From positions 128,001 through 192,000 of the forward strand of contig CAWHHI010000012.1 of assembly GCA_963829055.1 (NCBI GenBank): 64,000 nucleotides of DNA, written 5' to 3'. Under the pieces are notes generated by a model that had not been told where the DNA came from, searched no databases, and worked only from the letters and a program-made list of their open reading frames with translations. Below, one piece after another: positions 1 through 11,090 of this stretch (position 1 is the stretch's first letter; every line of letters starts with the position of its first letter). Both the position numbers and the translations under genes were made by a program. Origin of the DNA: an uncultured Gemmatimonadaceae bacterium (GTDB taxonomy: Bacteria; Gemmatimonadota; Gemmatimonadetes; Gemmatimonadales; Gemmatimonadaceae).

Positions 1-189
1 CGGCTCGATGCCGGCGATCCGACTGGATGCGGCGATGTCTGGGGCGCGACCTATTTCTCCCGGCTGCTTGCCGGTGATAAGTTGTCCGACGCGATGCGCG
101 CGGCGATGCGCGCCGCAGCACGCAACGTGGAGCACCGGGGTGCCACCGGGCTCGCGCATTACCTCCGCGGAGAGCTCAGCCCGACGTGA
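1..189 (+). CDS. PfkB-family carbohydrate kinase, C-terminal fragment (5' end outside window)
   Basis: Frame 1 reads RLDAGDPTGCGDVWGATYFSRLL...ELSPT*, containing the PfkB DxxGxGD anion-hole motif; TGA overlaps the next GTG. Confidence 0.75.
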   Translation, partial: RLDAGDPTGCGDVWGATYFSRLLAGDKLSDAMRAAMRAAARNVEHRGATGLAHYLRGELSPT

Positions 190-1078
190 CCACCGTCATC
201 AACGTTCCGCCCTCGCTCGACGACGCGACGATCGAGCAGGTCCTGGATCAGGTGGCCCCGCTCCCGCGCGATCAGAAGGTGCTCATCGACGCCCGCCACA
301 CGCGGTGGGCGTCGCCGTACGGCCTCACGACGCTGCTGACGATCGGGCAGACACGCGCCGAGCGCGCCGTCGTTCACGGGCCCGGAGAACGACGACACCG
401 CGTCCTACTGGGCGCGCACGGGGTTCTACAAGCACGCCGAGCAGGTCTTCGAGTCTGCACGGCCACGTGCCGCGTGCGCCGGAACGGCGGCGAGTCGAGC
501 GTGCTGCTCGAGATCACGCCCGTCGCCAAGAGCGAAGACGTCCACGACGTGGTCGAGCGCATTCAGCAGAAGGCGCAGGCCATTCTCGTGAACGAGCTGC
601 ATCTCGACCCACAGGCGACGATGCGCTTCGCGATGACGCTCTCCGAAGCGTGTCAGAACATCGTCGAGCACGCGCAGCGCGGCGGTTGGGTCGCCGTGCA
701 GACGTACACGTGGCGACAGCGACTCGGACGACGCGTGGTGCAGATCGCCGTCTGCGACGCTGGCATCGGATTTCGCGCATCGCTCGAGAGCGCGCACGGT
801 CGTCGCATGAGCGATCGATGGGATGATGGCATGGCGCTCGAGGACGCGGTGATCCGCGGCGTGAGCCGCTTTCGCGATCCAGGGCGCGGGCAGGGCCTCG
901 CCGGCGTACGACGCTTCGTCGGCAAATGGGATGGCAAGCTATCGGTCCGCAGCGGTACCGCGCGGATCGCGATCGTGCCGAGTTGGGATGAGGACGTCCC
1001 CTTGGTTGAAGATCTGGCTCCGTTTCCCGGATCGCGCAGATCCAGATCACGATTCCAGAACGGATACCTCCGCGGTGA
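186..1078 (+). CDS. STAS-like plus HATPase_c (anti-sigma/RsbW-like) ATP-binding protein, frameshifted
   Basis: GHKL boxes SEACQNIVEHA (N), AVCDAGIG (G1) and GRGQGLAGV (G2); reconstructed across indels near 365-455 and 1035. Confidence 0.7.
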
Positions 1079-1632
1079 TCAACCACATCGATGTGAGCTC
1101 GGTGCTGCGACGCACCGTGTGCGACCTCTACTCGAACCTCGTGACGCGGCCCACGGGCGCTGCCGTGCGGACCGAGATCGAGAATCTGCTGGCGGCGTGG
1201 CGAGGGCCGTCGCTGACGGTGATCGACTTCTCGCACGTGAACCTGCTCGACTTCTCCTGCGCCGATGAGGTGGTGGCGAAGCTGCTGTTGCGGTTCGAGG
1301 GCGGCGCACCGCCGCAGGACGCGTACTTCCTGCTGCGTGGCGTCCGCGAGGACCATCTCGACGCCATCGAGGCGGCGCTCGAGCGCTACCAGCTCGCACT
1401 CGTTATGCAGGACGAGCGACGGCGACGCTGCTGCTCGTGGGAACCGTGAACGACGCCCAGCGGCGCGCCTGGCAGGCGTTGCGGGAGCTCGGCCGCGGCG
1501 CCGCCGACGAGCTCGCGACCGCGCTCGGGGAGGCGCCAGCGTACGCCGCGGCGTTGCTCGCCGACGCTCCACGAGCGACGTCTCGTCATGCGGTTCGACG
1601 ATACCTACGTACCGCTCGGGGCGACGCAGTGA
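1075..1632 (+). CDS. STAS-like (DUF4325-type) domain protein with C-terminal HTH-like region, frameshifted
   Basis: LVTRPTGAAVR...VIDFSHVNLLDFSCADEVVAKL resembles a STAS-like domain; GTGA coupling to the upstream gene; indels near 1420 and 1565. Confidence 0.6.
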
Positions 1633-1938
1633 GTCAGGTCTACAACCCACCGCTGCAGGTCGTCGGCTTCATCGCGCACGCGGTCCGGCGATGAAGAGCG
1701 CGGGCCGCAGGTCCGGTCTGAACGCCGACGAGGCGCGATTCCGGCTGCTCGTCGACGGAGAGCTGGTGTGGATCTACGGGCCGCGACGTCACGAGCTGGC
1801 GCCGGTGCTCATCGACGACGCCGTCCCGCGCGGCGGCGTCGTCGTGCGGGACATTGCCGGCGCTCACGGTCATCGGAGATCGTGCGGCTCGTGAAGCCGA
1901 ACCTCGACGCCCGCCCCGACCGCGGCGCCTACGCCTAA
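1629..1938 (+). CDS. Small hypothetical protein, possibly molybdopterin-dinucleotide-binding/CDC48-N-like barrel, frameshifted
   Basis: RLNADEARFRLLVDGELVWIYGPRR...VLIDDAVPRGGVVV pattern; GTGA coupling; stop inside GCCTAAC. Confidence 0.5.
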
Positions 1939-1952
1939 CGCAGCCGGACCTC

Positions 1953-3115
1953 ATGCCTCGACCGCCACGCCGTCTCGGTCTGTCCACGCTCGCCGTCACC
2001 GGCGGCGTCGGCGCACAGCGAGGCCGACACGCCCGTCGTGCAGCCGCTCGTCCAGTCGGTGAATTTCATGCAGGAGGTCGGCACGGCCGACGGCCTCCGC
2101 TACCCGCGGTACGGCAACGCGCCTAACGCCGAGGTCGTCCAGCGGCGGCTCGCGATGATGGAGGGCGCCGAAGCGAGCGCTCGTCCTCGCGAGCGGCATG
2201 GGCGCAACCGCCTGCGCACTGCTCGCCCTGCTCCGCCCCGGCGATCATCTGCTCGCCAGCAGCTGGATCTACGGCGGGACGCGGCTCCTGTTCACGCAGG
2301 AGTTCGCGACCATGGGCATCGACGTCACACTCGTCGATCCCATGGAGACGCGCGCCTGGCGCAAGCGCATGCGCAAGGAGACGCGCGCGATCTTCGTCGA
2401 GTCGCCGGTGAATCCCGACGTGTCGCGTGCTCGATCTGCGCCCGATCAGCTACCTCACGAAGGAGGGCGGCCTCGCGCTCGTGGTCGATTCCACGTTCGC
2501 GAGCCCGGTCAACTTCCGCCCCATGGAGCACGGCGCCGACGTCGTGATCCACTCGGCCACGAAATACCTGAATGGGCACCACGACGTGCTGAGCGGCGTC
2601 GTGTTAGGCACCGCGCCGTACATCGAGGAGGTGCGGCAGAAGATGATCGTGTGGGGCCAGGCGCCCGACCCATTCGCCTGCTGGCTGCTCGAACGCGGGC
2701 TCAAGACGCTCGACGTGCGCGTCGACGCGCCAGAACGAGAACGCGGGGCGCATCGCGGAATGGTGCCACTCGCGGAAGGAAGTGCGGCACGTTCACTATC
2801 CTGGACTTGGCCGACCATCCCGACCACGAAGTGGCGCGCACGTTCCTCGACGGTTTCGGCGGGATGCTCGGCCTCGAGCTCGTGGGTGGCGCAAAGAGCG
2901 CGGAGCGCTTCATTCGGCGCCTGCATCTCATCAAGCACGCGCCCAGTCTCGGCGGCGTCGACTCGCTCGTCTCCGAGCCGCGCTTCTCGTCGCATTCACA
3001 TCTCACCAGCGAGGAGCGCGCGGCGCTCGGCATTCCCGACGGATTCCTTCGCCTGAGCATTGGCATCGAGAACGCCGACGACCTCATTGCCGATATCGAG
3101 CAAGCGCTGAAATGA
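1953..3115 (+). CDS. Cys/Met metabolism PLP-dependent enzyme (cystathionine gamma-synthase/lyase family), frameshifted
   Basis: YPRYGN, SGMGA, FVESPVNP, VVDSTFASP, HSATKYLNGH (PLP Lys), SLGGVDSL and LRLSIGIE motifs across frames. Confidence 0.9.
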
Positions 3116-4249
3116 GCGTCGCCCAGGTTCCGACGCAAACCGGCCCGGACGATCGACGTCGCGACGAACGGCGGCTGAATTCACGACTCGCGGATCTGTC
3201 GGTCCCGGAGTTCCGGCGTATCGGGCTCACGTGGCTGTTGACCGTGATCGTCGTGCTGTTGTTCCTGTGGATGGTGCGGCAAGGTGCTCATCGCGGGTAT
3301 CCTCGCGATCATCATCGCGGCCTACCTCCGCCCGCTCTACAAGTTCTTTCTCAAGCGACTGAATCGACGCATGGCGAGCGCGGTCCTCACGCTGCTCGTC
3401 GTCATCGTCCCGGTGCTCGGCGCGCTCGCCTACAGCTACCTCGAGCTCGTCGACGTGCTCGGCTACATCTCGGCGCACCAGATCGGAGGTCGCGACGCAG
3501 ATCGACGAATCGATCCGGCGTCTGCCCGTTCCTCGCGAACTTCAACGCGACCGAGACGATACGCACGATACGTCCTGCTCGTCTCGGACTACGGGACAAA
3601 GATCCCGGCGCGTCATCGGGAGGCCGTCGTCGAGCTGTCGGTCGCCGGCAACGATCTTCCTGCTGACGGCTGCGTATGTGTTTACGGATGCAGACTCGAT
3701 CGTCAGTTATGTGAGGAGCAAGGTTCCGCAGCGCTATGACCGGCTGCGCGAAGTCGTTGGTGACGAACGTCACGGGGGTGCTGTACGGGGCGATCTACTC
3801 GACGCTCCTGACGCAGGGCCTCAAGACGCTCGTCATTTTTCTGATGAACCTGGTCTTCGGGGTGCCGCTCGCGGCGGTGCTGGCGATCCTCTCGTTCATC
3901 ATCGGGTTCTTCCCGATCGTCGGATCGTGGAGCGTGTACGTACCGGTCGCGGCCTGGCTTCTCGTGTTTCGGGACAGCCCGATAAAGGCTGGATTGATGG
4001 TGCTGGTTGGGTTCCTTCTGAATACACTGTTCATCTCGACGTACCTGCGCCCCAAGATCGCGGCTGAGCGTTCTGGGGTACTGAACTTTTACTGGATGTT
4101 CGTTGCGCTCGTGACGGGGGTTTACACGTTCGGGCTCGCCGGCATCCTGCTCGGTCCCGATTCTCATCGGCTTGCTCAAGGCGGTCGTGGACTCGGTGAC
4201 GTCCCAGACCAGCTGGCGGCTTCTGGACGCTGAGGACGGTGCCGGGTAG
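3112..4249 (+). CDS. AI-2E family transporter, frameshifted
   Basis: Hydrophobic segments; FFPIVGSWSVYVP, YLRPKI and GVYTFGLAGILLGP motifs. Confidence 0.8.
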
Positions 4250-4277
4250 CCGAAAGAGAACGAGGAGAGGTGTAGCG

Positions 4278-4976
4278 GTGATTCGGTTCCAACACGTCTA
4301 CAAGGAATATCCGCGCACTGGCCTGGCGCTTCAGGACGTGTCGCTGTTCGTGGGCAAAGGCGAGTTCGTATTCCTCACGGGCCCGAGCGGCGCCGGCAAG
4401 AGCTCGCTGCTCAAGCTGGTGTACATGGAGGAGCTACCCACTCGCGGTGACATGTGGGTGAGCGGTGTGCGCGCAAAGGGAGTGAAGCGTCGTGACGTGG
4501 CGAAGCTTCGACGCAAGCTCGGTGTCGTGTTCCAGGACTTCCGGCTGCTCGAGGATCGCACGGCCGAAGCGAACATCGCGTTCGCCCTCGAGGTCATCGA
4601 CACGCCGCGGGCGGCGATTCCCGCCAAGGTCTCGCGAGCACTCGCGCAGGTCGGCCTTTCCGCGAAAGCGACCAGTCTGCCGAGCGAGATGAGTGGCGGC
4701 GAGCAGCAGCGCGTCGCGATCGCGCGCGCGCTGGTGAACGATCCGTTCGTTCTCATCGCGGACGAGCCCACGGGCAACCTCGACGAGCGCGCGACGCGCG
4801 GCGTATTCCAGTTGCTGCGCGACATCAACGCGTCGGGAACGGCCGTGATGATGGCGACACACAACCTCGAGCTCGTGCGGCGCGCCGGCTATCGCACGAT
4901 CGAGATCAACCGCGGTCAGGTCGTGTTCGACTCCGCGGACGCCGACGCCAAGAAGAAAGCGGAGAGCCTCGCATGA
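4278..4976 (+). CDS. ftsE: Cell division ATP-binding protein FtsE
   Basis: GPSGAGKS, LRRKLGVVFQDFRLL, SGGEQQR, ADEPTGNLD; directly upstream of ftsX. Confidence 0.93.
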   Translation: MIRFQHVYKEYPRTGLALQDVSLFVGKGEFVFLTGPSGAGKSSLLKLVYMEELPTRGDMWVSGVRAKGVKRRDVAKLRRKLGVVFQDFRLLEDRTAEANIAFALEVIDTPRAAIPAKVSRALAQVGLSAKATSLPSEMSGGEQQRVAIARALVNDPFVLIADEPTGNLDERATRGVFQLLRDINASGTAVMMATHNLELVRRAGYRTIEINRGQVVFDSADADAKKKAESLA

Positions 4977-5821
4977 GACTCGCCCTTCGCGAGACGATGA
5001 TCGGCTTCCGGCGCGCGCCGATGCTGAGCGTGCTGAGCATCACGACGATCGCATTTTCGCTGTTCGCATTCGGTCTCTTCTCGCTCGTCGCGCTGAACAT
5101 CCGCAAGACGCTGAGCGACGTCGAGTCACGCGTCGAGATCCGCGCGTTCCTCGCCGATGGCACCTCAGTGGAAGTCGTGTCGGCCGCCATGAGCGATATC
5201 GGCGCGTTCCCCGAAGTGAGCCGCGTCGAGTACGTCTCGCCCGATTCCGCGCTCGCACGCGCACGCTCGGAGCTTGGCGAGTTCAAGGACGTGTTCGAGA
5301 GCGCGTTCCTGCCTGCGTCCATCGACGTGCGCCTGCGTGAGGGCCATCGGGATCCCGTCGCCGTTCGCGCGGTGGCCGCGCGCATCAAGTCGTTCGAGTT
5401 CGTCGACGACGTTCGCTACGGCGAGGATTGGGTCGACAAGCTCTATCGCATTCGCAACATCGCGACAGCAGCCGGCGTCGTCCTCGGGCTCGCGTTCGCC
5501 GCAGTCGCCATCATCATCATCGGCGCGACGATTCGCATGGCCGTGATGGCGCGAGCACGCGAGATCTCGATCATGCGGCTTGTCGGCGCGACAGACGCAT
5601 TCATTCGGCGACCATTCCTGATCGAAGGTTTTCTCAAAGGAATACTCGGCGGACTGCTCGCGCTGGCGCTGACCTGGTTCGCGAGCGTCGTCATCAGCCG
5701 CAACTTCATCCAGACGGAGTTCTTCTCGCGCGGACTCGCATCGCTCGGCATTCTGGGCGGCGCCGTGATCGGCGTGCTCGGCAGCTCACTCTCGGTGGGA
5801 CGCCACCTGCGGAAAATCTGA
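4973..5821 (+). CDS. ftsX: Cell division permease FtsX
   Basis: 4-TM topology; REISIMRLVGATDAFIRRPFLIEG motif. Confidence 0.93.
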   Translation: MRLALRETMIGFRRAPMLSVLSITTIAFSLFAFGLFSLVALNIRKTLSDVESRVEIRAFLADGTSVEVVSAAMSDIGAFPEVSRVEYVSPDSALARARSELGEFKDVFESAFLPASIDVRLREGHRDPVAVRAVAARIKSFEFVDDVRYGEDWVDKLYRIRNIATAAGVVLGLAFAAVAIIIIGATIRMAVMARAREISIMRLVGATDAFIRRPFLIEGFLKGILGGLLALALTWFASVVISRNFIQTEFFSRGLASLGILGGAVIGVLGSSLSVGRHLRKI

Positions 5822-7021
5822 TGCGGGGCGCGCGTCTCGTTTGCCTGCTGGCTCTGCTCGTCGCGCCCGTCGCGATGCGCGCGCAGCAGCCGCACGCCGA
5901 GCGGCGAAGCGAAGATTCGCGCGCAGCGCGATGAGCTCGAGCGCATCCGCCGCGAGCGCGAAGAACTGCAGCGCAACATGAGCGACCTGCAGTCCAAGGC
6001 GCACGACCTCGGCGAGGAAGTGACGAACCTGCACCAACAGGCGGACGCCACGGCACGCGTGGTCCGTTCGCTCGACGTCCAGCTCGAGACGATTACCACC
6101 GAGGTCGACGGCACCACGTCCAGCCTCCTGCGAGCCGAGGACGAGCTAGCGGTGAAGAAGGCGGTGTTGCAGCGCCGGCTGATCGACATCTACAAGCGCG
6201 GCCCGCTCTACACCACGCAGGCGTTGCTCGCCGCCCGCACGTTCGGCGAGCTGCTCGGACGCTACAAATACCTGCACGAGCTCGCGGTGCGCGATCGGTC
6301 CCTCGTCACGCGCGTCGAGGATCTGTACGATCAGGTGGCCAAGCAGCGACAGCAGCTCGTTAGGCTCCGTGAGGAGTTCGAACGTAGTCGCCAGGAGAAG
6401 CAGGACGAGGAGGGCCGACTGCGCACGCTCGAGGAGACTCGCGCGAAGAACCTCAGCGTCGTCAAGCGGTCGGCGAAGGAAACGCAGGCTCGGCTCGCCG
6501 CCATCGGTCGCGACGAGACTCGCTTGACGAACGTGATCGCCGCGTTCGAGGAGGCGCGCCGTAAGGCGGCGGAACGCCCGAACGCGCCGGCGGTTCTCAG
6601 CAGCAGCACGCTCAAGACGAGCGACTTCGGCAAGCTGGATTGGCCGGTGGACGGCGACATCATCTACCGTTTCGGCCGAGCGGTGAACCCGAACAACACG
6701 ACGGTCCGGTGGAACGGCGTCGGCATCGCAGCAGCGAGCGGTGCGTCGGTCAAGGCCGTCGCGGCAGGCGAGGTGATGGTGGCCGAGCCGATCGGGACGT
6801 ACGGACTCACCGTCATCGTGCAGCACGGCGGCGGCGACTATTCGGTGTACGGCTCGCTCTCTCGCGCCGACGTGCAGAAGGGTCAGCAGGTGATCAAGGG
6901 CCAGGTCATCGGCGCGGTTGGAATCTCGGACCCCGAGTTGGTGGCGCACCTGCACTTCGAGATCCGCCCCAAGGGTCGCGCGATCGACCCGCTGGTCTGG
7001 CTGCGCGGCGAGCAGAAATAG
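5821..7021 (+). CDS. EnvC-like murein hydrolase activator (coiled coil plus M23 domain), frameshift near 5900
   Basis: Signal peptide, long coiled coil, LDWPVDG...HLHFEIR...IDP; follows ftsEX; HxxxD site degenerate (WNGVGI). Confidence 0.85.
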
Positions 7022-7227
7022 TGGCGGTGCATCGATGCTCGACGTGCGGCCGCTTTCGCGACTATGCCGAGGGCGATCGATTCTGCCTGGTGTGCGGCAA
7101 TGAGTCCATTGAAGTCGGGTGCGCGTGCGGCCGCAACTTCGACTACGCGCTGACCGAGGATGGCGACCTCCACTGCCCTCGTTGTGGCGTGCGACTGAGG
7201 GGCCGGTCGACCGAATTTGAGGCGTAG
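7021..7227 (+). CDS. Small multi-zinc-ribbon protein (68 aa)
   Basis: CSTCG, CLVCG, CACG and CPRCG motifs; GTG overlaps the upstream TAG. Confidence 0.7.
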   Translation: MAVHRCSTCGRFRDYAEGDRFCLVCGNESIEVGCACGRNFDYALTEDGDLHCPRCGVRLRGRSTEFEA

Positions 7228-7339
7228 ACGGGGGTTTGAACGTGCTGGGTGCTGGGTGGTAATGCTGGTGGCTGGGTGACGCTGGATGCCGAGCTGCGAG
7301 CCCAGTTGGCCGAACACGGCGCGACGTTTTCATTTCCGA

Positions 7340-8230
7340 GTGCCTCGTCCAAGTCCCCCACCCCAGTCGCCAGTCCCCGCACCCTTGCTCTTGGGCGCCC
7401 ACACATCCATTGCTGGGGGCACCCACGAAGCCCCGCCCCGCGCCAAGGCCATTGGCGCGACCGCGATGCAGATCTTCACGAAGATGGCGAACCGGTGGGC
7501 CGAGCGTGAATGCGAGGCACCTGAGCTCGATCTCTTTCGCTCGGCCCTCGCGGATACCGACCTCCGCGCGCTGAACGCGCACGATAGCTATCTCATCAAC
7601 CTCGCGTCGCCAGACGAGGTCCTGCGCGCCAGATCCATCGAGTCGTTCGTCTGCGAGCTCCGCCGCTCGCAGGCGTTAGGCCTGGGCGCCCTCGTGTCGC
7701 ACCCCGGCAACTACATGGACGAGCGCGCCAGCGGGGTCGCGCGCAACGCTGACGCCATCACTCAAGCGCTGACGTGCGTGCCGGGGCCGCTCAAGCTCTT
7801 GCTCGAGACCACCGCCGGGAGCGGCACCGCGCTCGGCGCGACGTTCGAGGAGTTGGCCGAGATCATCGCGCGCGTACCGGAGCCGCTCCGCCAGCGAGTC
7901 GGCGTCTGCATCGACACCGCGCACATTTTCGGCGCCGGCTACGATCTCGCGAATGCGTACGACGACGTCATCGCGCGATTCGACGCTACGGTTGGGCTCG
8001 ACCGGCTCGGCGCCATGCACCTGAACGACTCGAAGGTTCCGCTCGGGTCGCGCCGCGATCGCCATGAGCTCATTGGCGAGGGTGCGATCGGCGAGGGTGC
8101 CTTTCGACGCATCATGACGGACGACCGCCTCACTGCAGTGCCCAAGCTGATCGAGACCCCGAAGCTCGATGATCCCGAGACGACCGACCGTCGCATGCTC
8201 GAACGCTTGCGCGGGTACGCCAGTGGCTGA
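7340..8230 (+). CDS. nfo: Endonuclease IV
   Basis: GAHTSIAGG, HDSYLINLAS, HPG, LETTAG, CIDTAH, HLNDSK, DRHE and ETP motifs. Confidence 0.95.
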   Translation: MPRPSPPPQSPVPAPLLLGAHTSIAGGTHEAPPRAKAIGATAMQIFTKMANRWAERECEAPELDLFRSALADTDLRALNAHDSYLINLASPDEVLRARSIESFVCELRRSQALGLGALVSHPGNYMDERASGVARNADAITQALTCVPGPLKLLLETTAGSGTALGATFEELAEIIARVPEPLRQRVGVCIDTAHIFGAGYDLANAYDDVIARFDATVGLDRLGAMHLNDSKVPLGSRRDRHELIGEGAIGEGAFRRIMTDDRLTAVPKLIETPKLDDPETTDRRMLERLRGYASG

Positions 8231-8318
8231 CCACGGGATGCGCGTCCAGCGACAGCCTGTTTCATCACATGGACCGGTGGCCGTGGCATCAGTGGCGCCC
8301 ACCGGATAACGTTTGTTC

Positions 8319-8666
8319 ATGCGCCGAACGACGGGCCTCATGCGAGCGCTGTGGCGGGTCACGATCCTGCTGCAACTCCTGCTGCCGACTTTCGTGTCCA
8401 TTGCGGACGCGAAGGCCGAGCGCGACGCTATGAGCGCGCGCGCCTATTCGCACGTCGAGGCGACAACTGGCAAGGACTGCGCGCGTGCTCACAAGCCGGA
8501 CTGCGCGCTCTGCCAGCATCTCACGACACCCATAGCGAAGGCGGCCAAGCCAGCGCCGCCGCTGTACGCGGCGCGGTGCGCGCCGCCCGCCGTCGAGCGC
8601 AGTGTTGTTCCGGTAACAGCGAGATCGCCGCGACCTACCCTCCCGCGCGCGCCGCCACAGAACTGA
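8319..8666 (+). CDS. DUF2946/CruR-like leader protein (N-terminal hydrophobic helix, H/CxxC, C-terminal RAPP)
   Basis: LWRVTILLQLLLPTFVSIA; HKPDCALCQH; ends LPRAPPQN*; first gene ahead of a metal-uptake operon. Confidence 0.75.
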   Translation: MRRTTGLMRALWRVTILLQLLLPTFVSIADAKAERDAMSARAYSHVEATTGKDCARAHKPDCALCQHLTTPIAKAAKPAPPLYAARCAPPAVERSVVPVTARSPRPTLPRAPPQN

Positions 8667-8788
8667 GCGCATCGCACCGCCCGGTGCGACGGTACCGAAC
8701 ATTCGGACCACTCCGCCCCCGAAATCGCACGGCCTAACGCGCCGTGTGGCCGTCGGGAGGCTCACCGCGCTCAGGAGCATTGCTCAAC

Positions 8789-10124
8789 ATGAGATTCTTT
8801 CCCGCGCCACTGGCGCGCGCCCCTGGCATCCGCGCGATGCTCTGGGCGGCAGTTGTCCTGCTTGCCGCCATTGCTGGGGCGGCGAACGCGCAGCAACGCG
8901 ATTCGACGCGCCGCACGCCGCGAGACTCGGTTCGCGCCGATAGTGCACGCGTCGCGGATTCGATCGCCGTCGTTCGCGAGCTGGAACGGTTGCAGAACGA
9001 ACCAAAGACGCCGAGTCCTGCGCAGCAACCCGGCCAGGGTGGTCCCACCAACGCGCGCCTCCTTCCCGATATCAGCGCGGTCGGCGACCTCGTGGCCGAC
9101 CTGTCGCCGAAAGGCAGCACGCAGGAAGGCGGTGAGCGGTTCGCGATTCGCGAGGTCGAAGTCGCGATCCAGGCCGCCGTCGATCCGTATTTCCGCGGCG
9201 ACATTTTCCTCGGGATCTCGGATCTCGAAAAGATCTCGATCGAGCAGGCCTACCTCACTGCCACATCGCTGCCGTGGGGCCTCGAGGTCCGACTCGGCCG
9301 CTATCTGATGCCGGTCGGCAAGCAGAACACGACGCACCGGCACGACCTGCACACGGTCGACTACCCGTACGTCATCCAGCGCTTCTTCGGTGAGGAGGGG
9401 CTCAAGGGGACAGGCGTGTACGCGTCCAGGATCTTCGCCCCGTTCGGCTTCTACCAGGAAGCTCATCGTCACGGCGGTCGACCGCTTCGGCGAGGCGCCC
9501 GAGGGACTCACAACCGTCGATCCGGTCAACAAGCAGCTCAGCGGCCTCGGTTACTCGGCGCGACTCCGCAACTACTGGGACCTCAACGAGGCGAGCAACG
9601 TCGAGCTGTCGTTTTCCGGAATTACCGGGAAGCGCGAGCAGCCCGTGTTAGGCGACGACCGCATCTCTTGCGACGCCGGCTCGGCAGAGCGTGCTCGGGG
9701 CGGACTTCACGTATCGCTGGCGTCCGCTCCAGCAGGGGCTCTACAAGTCGTTCATCCTGCAGGCCGAGTTCATGCAGCAGCTGAACGAGAGCGATCCGCG
9801 TCTCGATTGCTGCCCGATGATGTCTCGTCGGCCGATGTGACTGTATGGCGGGCCCACTCGCGACTTCTCCGGCGCGTATGCGTTCGCGCGCTATCAGCTC
9901 ACGCGGCGCGGGTTCCTCGGCGCCCGCTTCGACACGTTCCAGGATGAACCGCCGAAGGGCGAACGTCGACGGCGGTTTCGGGGTACCTGGAGTTCTTCCC
10001 GAGTGAGTTCTCGAAGCTGGTGGCCGGTTACGAGCGGTACTCGCCGGCACAGGGCGCCGCGACCAATCGCATCCTCCTGCAGGCTACGTTCGCGCTCGGA
10101 CCTCACAAGCCGCACCCATTCTGA
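8789..10124 (+). CDS. Outer-membrane beta-barrel associated with metal ABC uptake, frameshifted
   Basis: Signal peptide; PDISAVGD, REVEVAIQAAVDPY, EQAY and NTTHRHD motifs; C-terminus LQATFALGPHKPHPF; AGGAG RBS. Confidence 0.7.
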
Positions 10125-10158
10125 CATTGTCGGCGCCGCTGGCGCCCAGGAGTATTTG

Positions 10159-11089
10159 ATGGGAACCCATCGACTGTTCACCACGCTCGCGTTGGCCACG
10201 GCGCTCCTGTCGCCGGCACCTGTCGTCGGGGTGTCGACGGCCTCAGCGCAGCTCAAGGTCGTAACCAGCACGACCGACCTGTACGACATTGCCAAGCAGG
10301 TCGGCGGGAACAAGATCACCGCGACACACATTGGCGAGGGATATCAGGACCCGCACTTCATCGAAGCGAAGCCGAGCTTCGTCCTGCAGCTGCGAGACGC
10401 CGACGTCTGGGCGTTCGTCGGACTCGATCTCGAGATCGGGTGGATGCCACTGCTCCTGCAGGGCGCGCGCAACCCGAAGTTGCAGCCCGGAAAGCCGGGC
10501 TACGTCGACGCATCGCGCGTGATCACGGTCCTCGACATGGCGCGGGGCAACGTCGACCGCAGCCAGGGCGACGTGCACCCGTTAGGCAACCCGCACTACT
10601 GGCTCGACCCGGAGAACGGTCGCCGCATCGCCAAGCTGTTCCGCGAGACGTTCTCGCAGCTCGACGCCAAGAATGCGTCGACGTACGCCGCGAACGCAGA
10701 AGGCGTTCACACAGCGGCTCGACGCCGCGGAGCAGAGCTGGAAAGCGGACCTCGCGAAGATCAAGGGACAGCCGGTCGTCGCCTGGCACACGAGCTGGCG
10801 CTACTTCGCCGAGTATACCGGGATGAACATCGTCGGCTTCATGGAACCGAAGCCGGGCGTTCCGCCGTCGCCGTCGCATCTCGCGGGGCTGATTCAGACG
10901 ATGAAGCAGACGGGCGCCAAGGTGATCGTGATGGAACCGTTCTACGATCGCAAGACGGCGGATTTCGTGGCGAGCAAGACCGGGGCAAAGGTGCTGGTGC
11001 TGCCCCCATCGGTCGGCGGAACGAAAGGGCTCGACGACTACATCCAGCTCATGACGAACGACATTCACCAGCTCGCGGCCGCGCTCTGA
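10159..11089 (+). CDS. Zn/Mn-type ABC substrate-binding protein (ZnuA/TroA family), frameshift near 10700
   Basis: QDPHF, GDVHPLGNPHYWLDP, WHTSWRYF and EPKPGVPPSPSH motifs; AGGAG RBS. Confidence 0.9.
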
Positions 11090-11090
11090 C

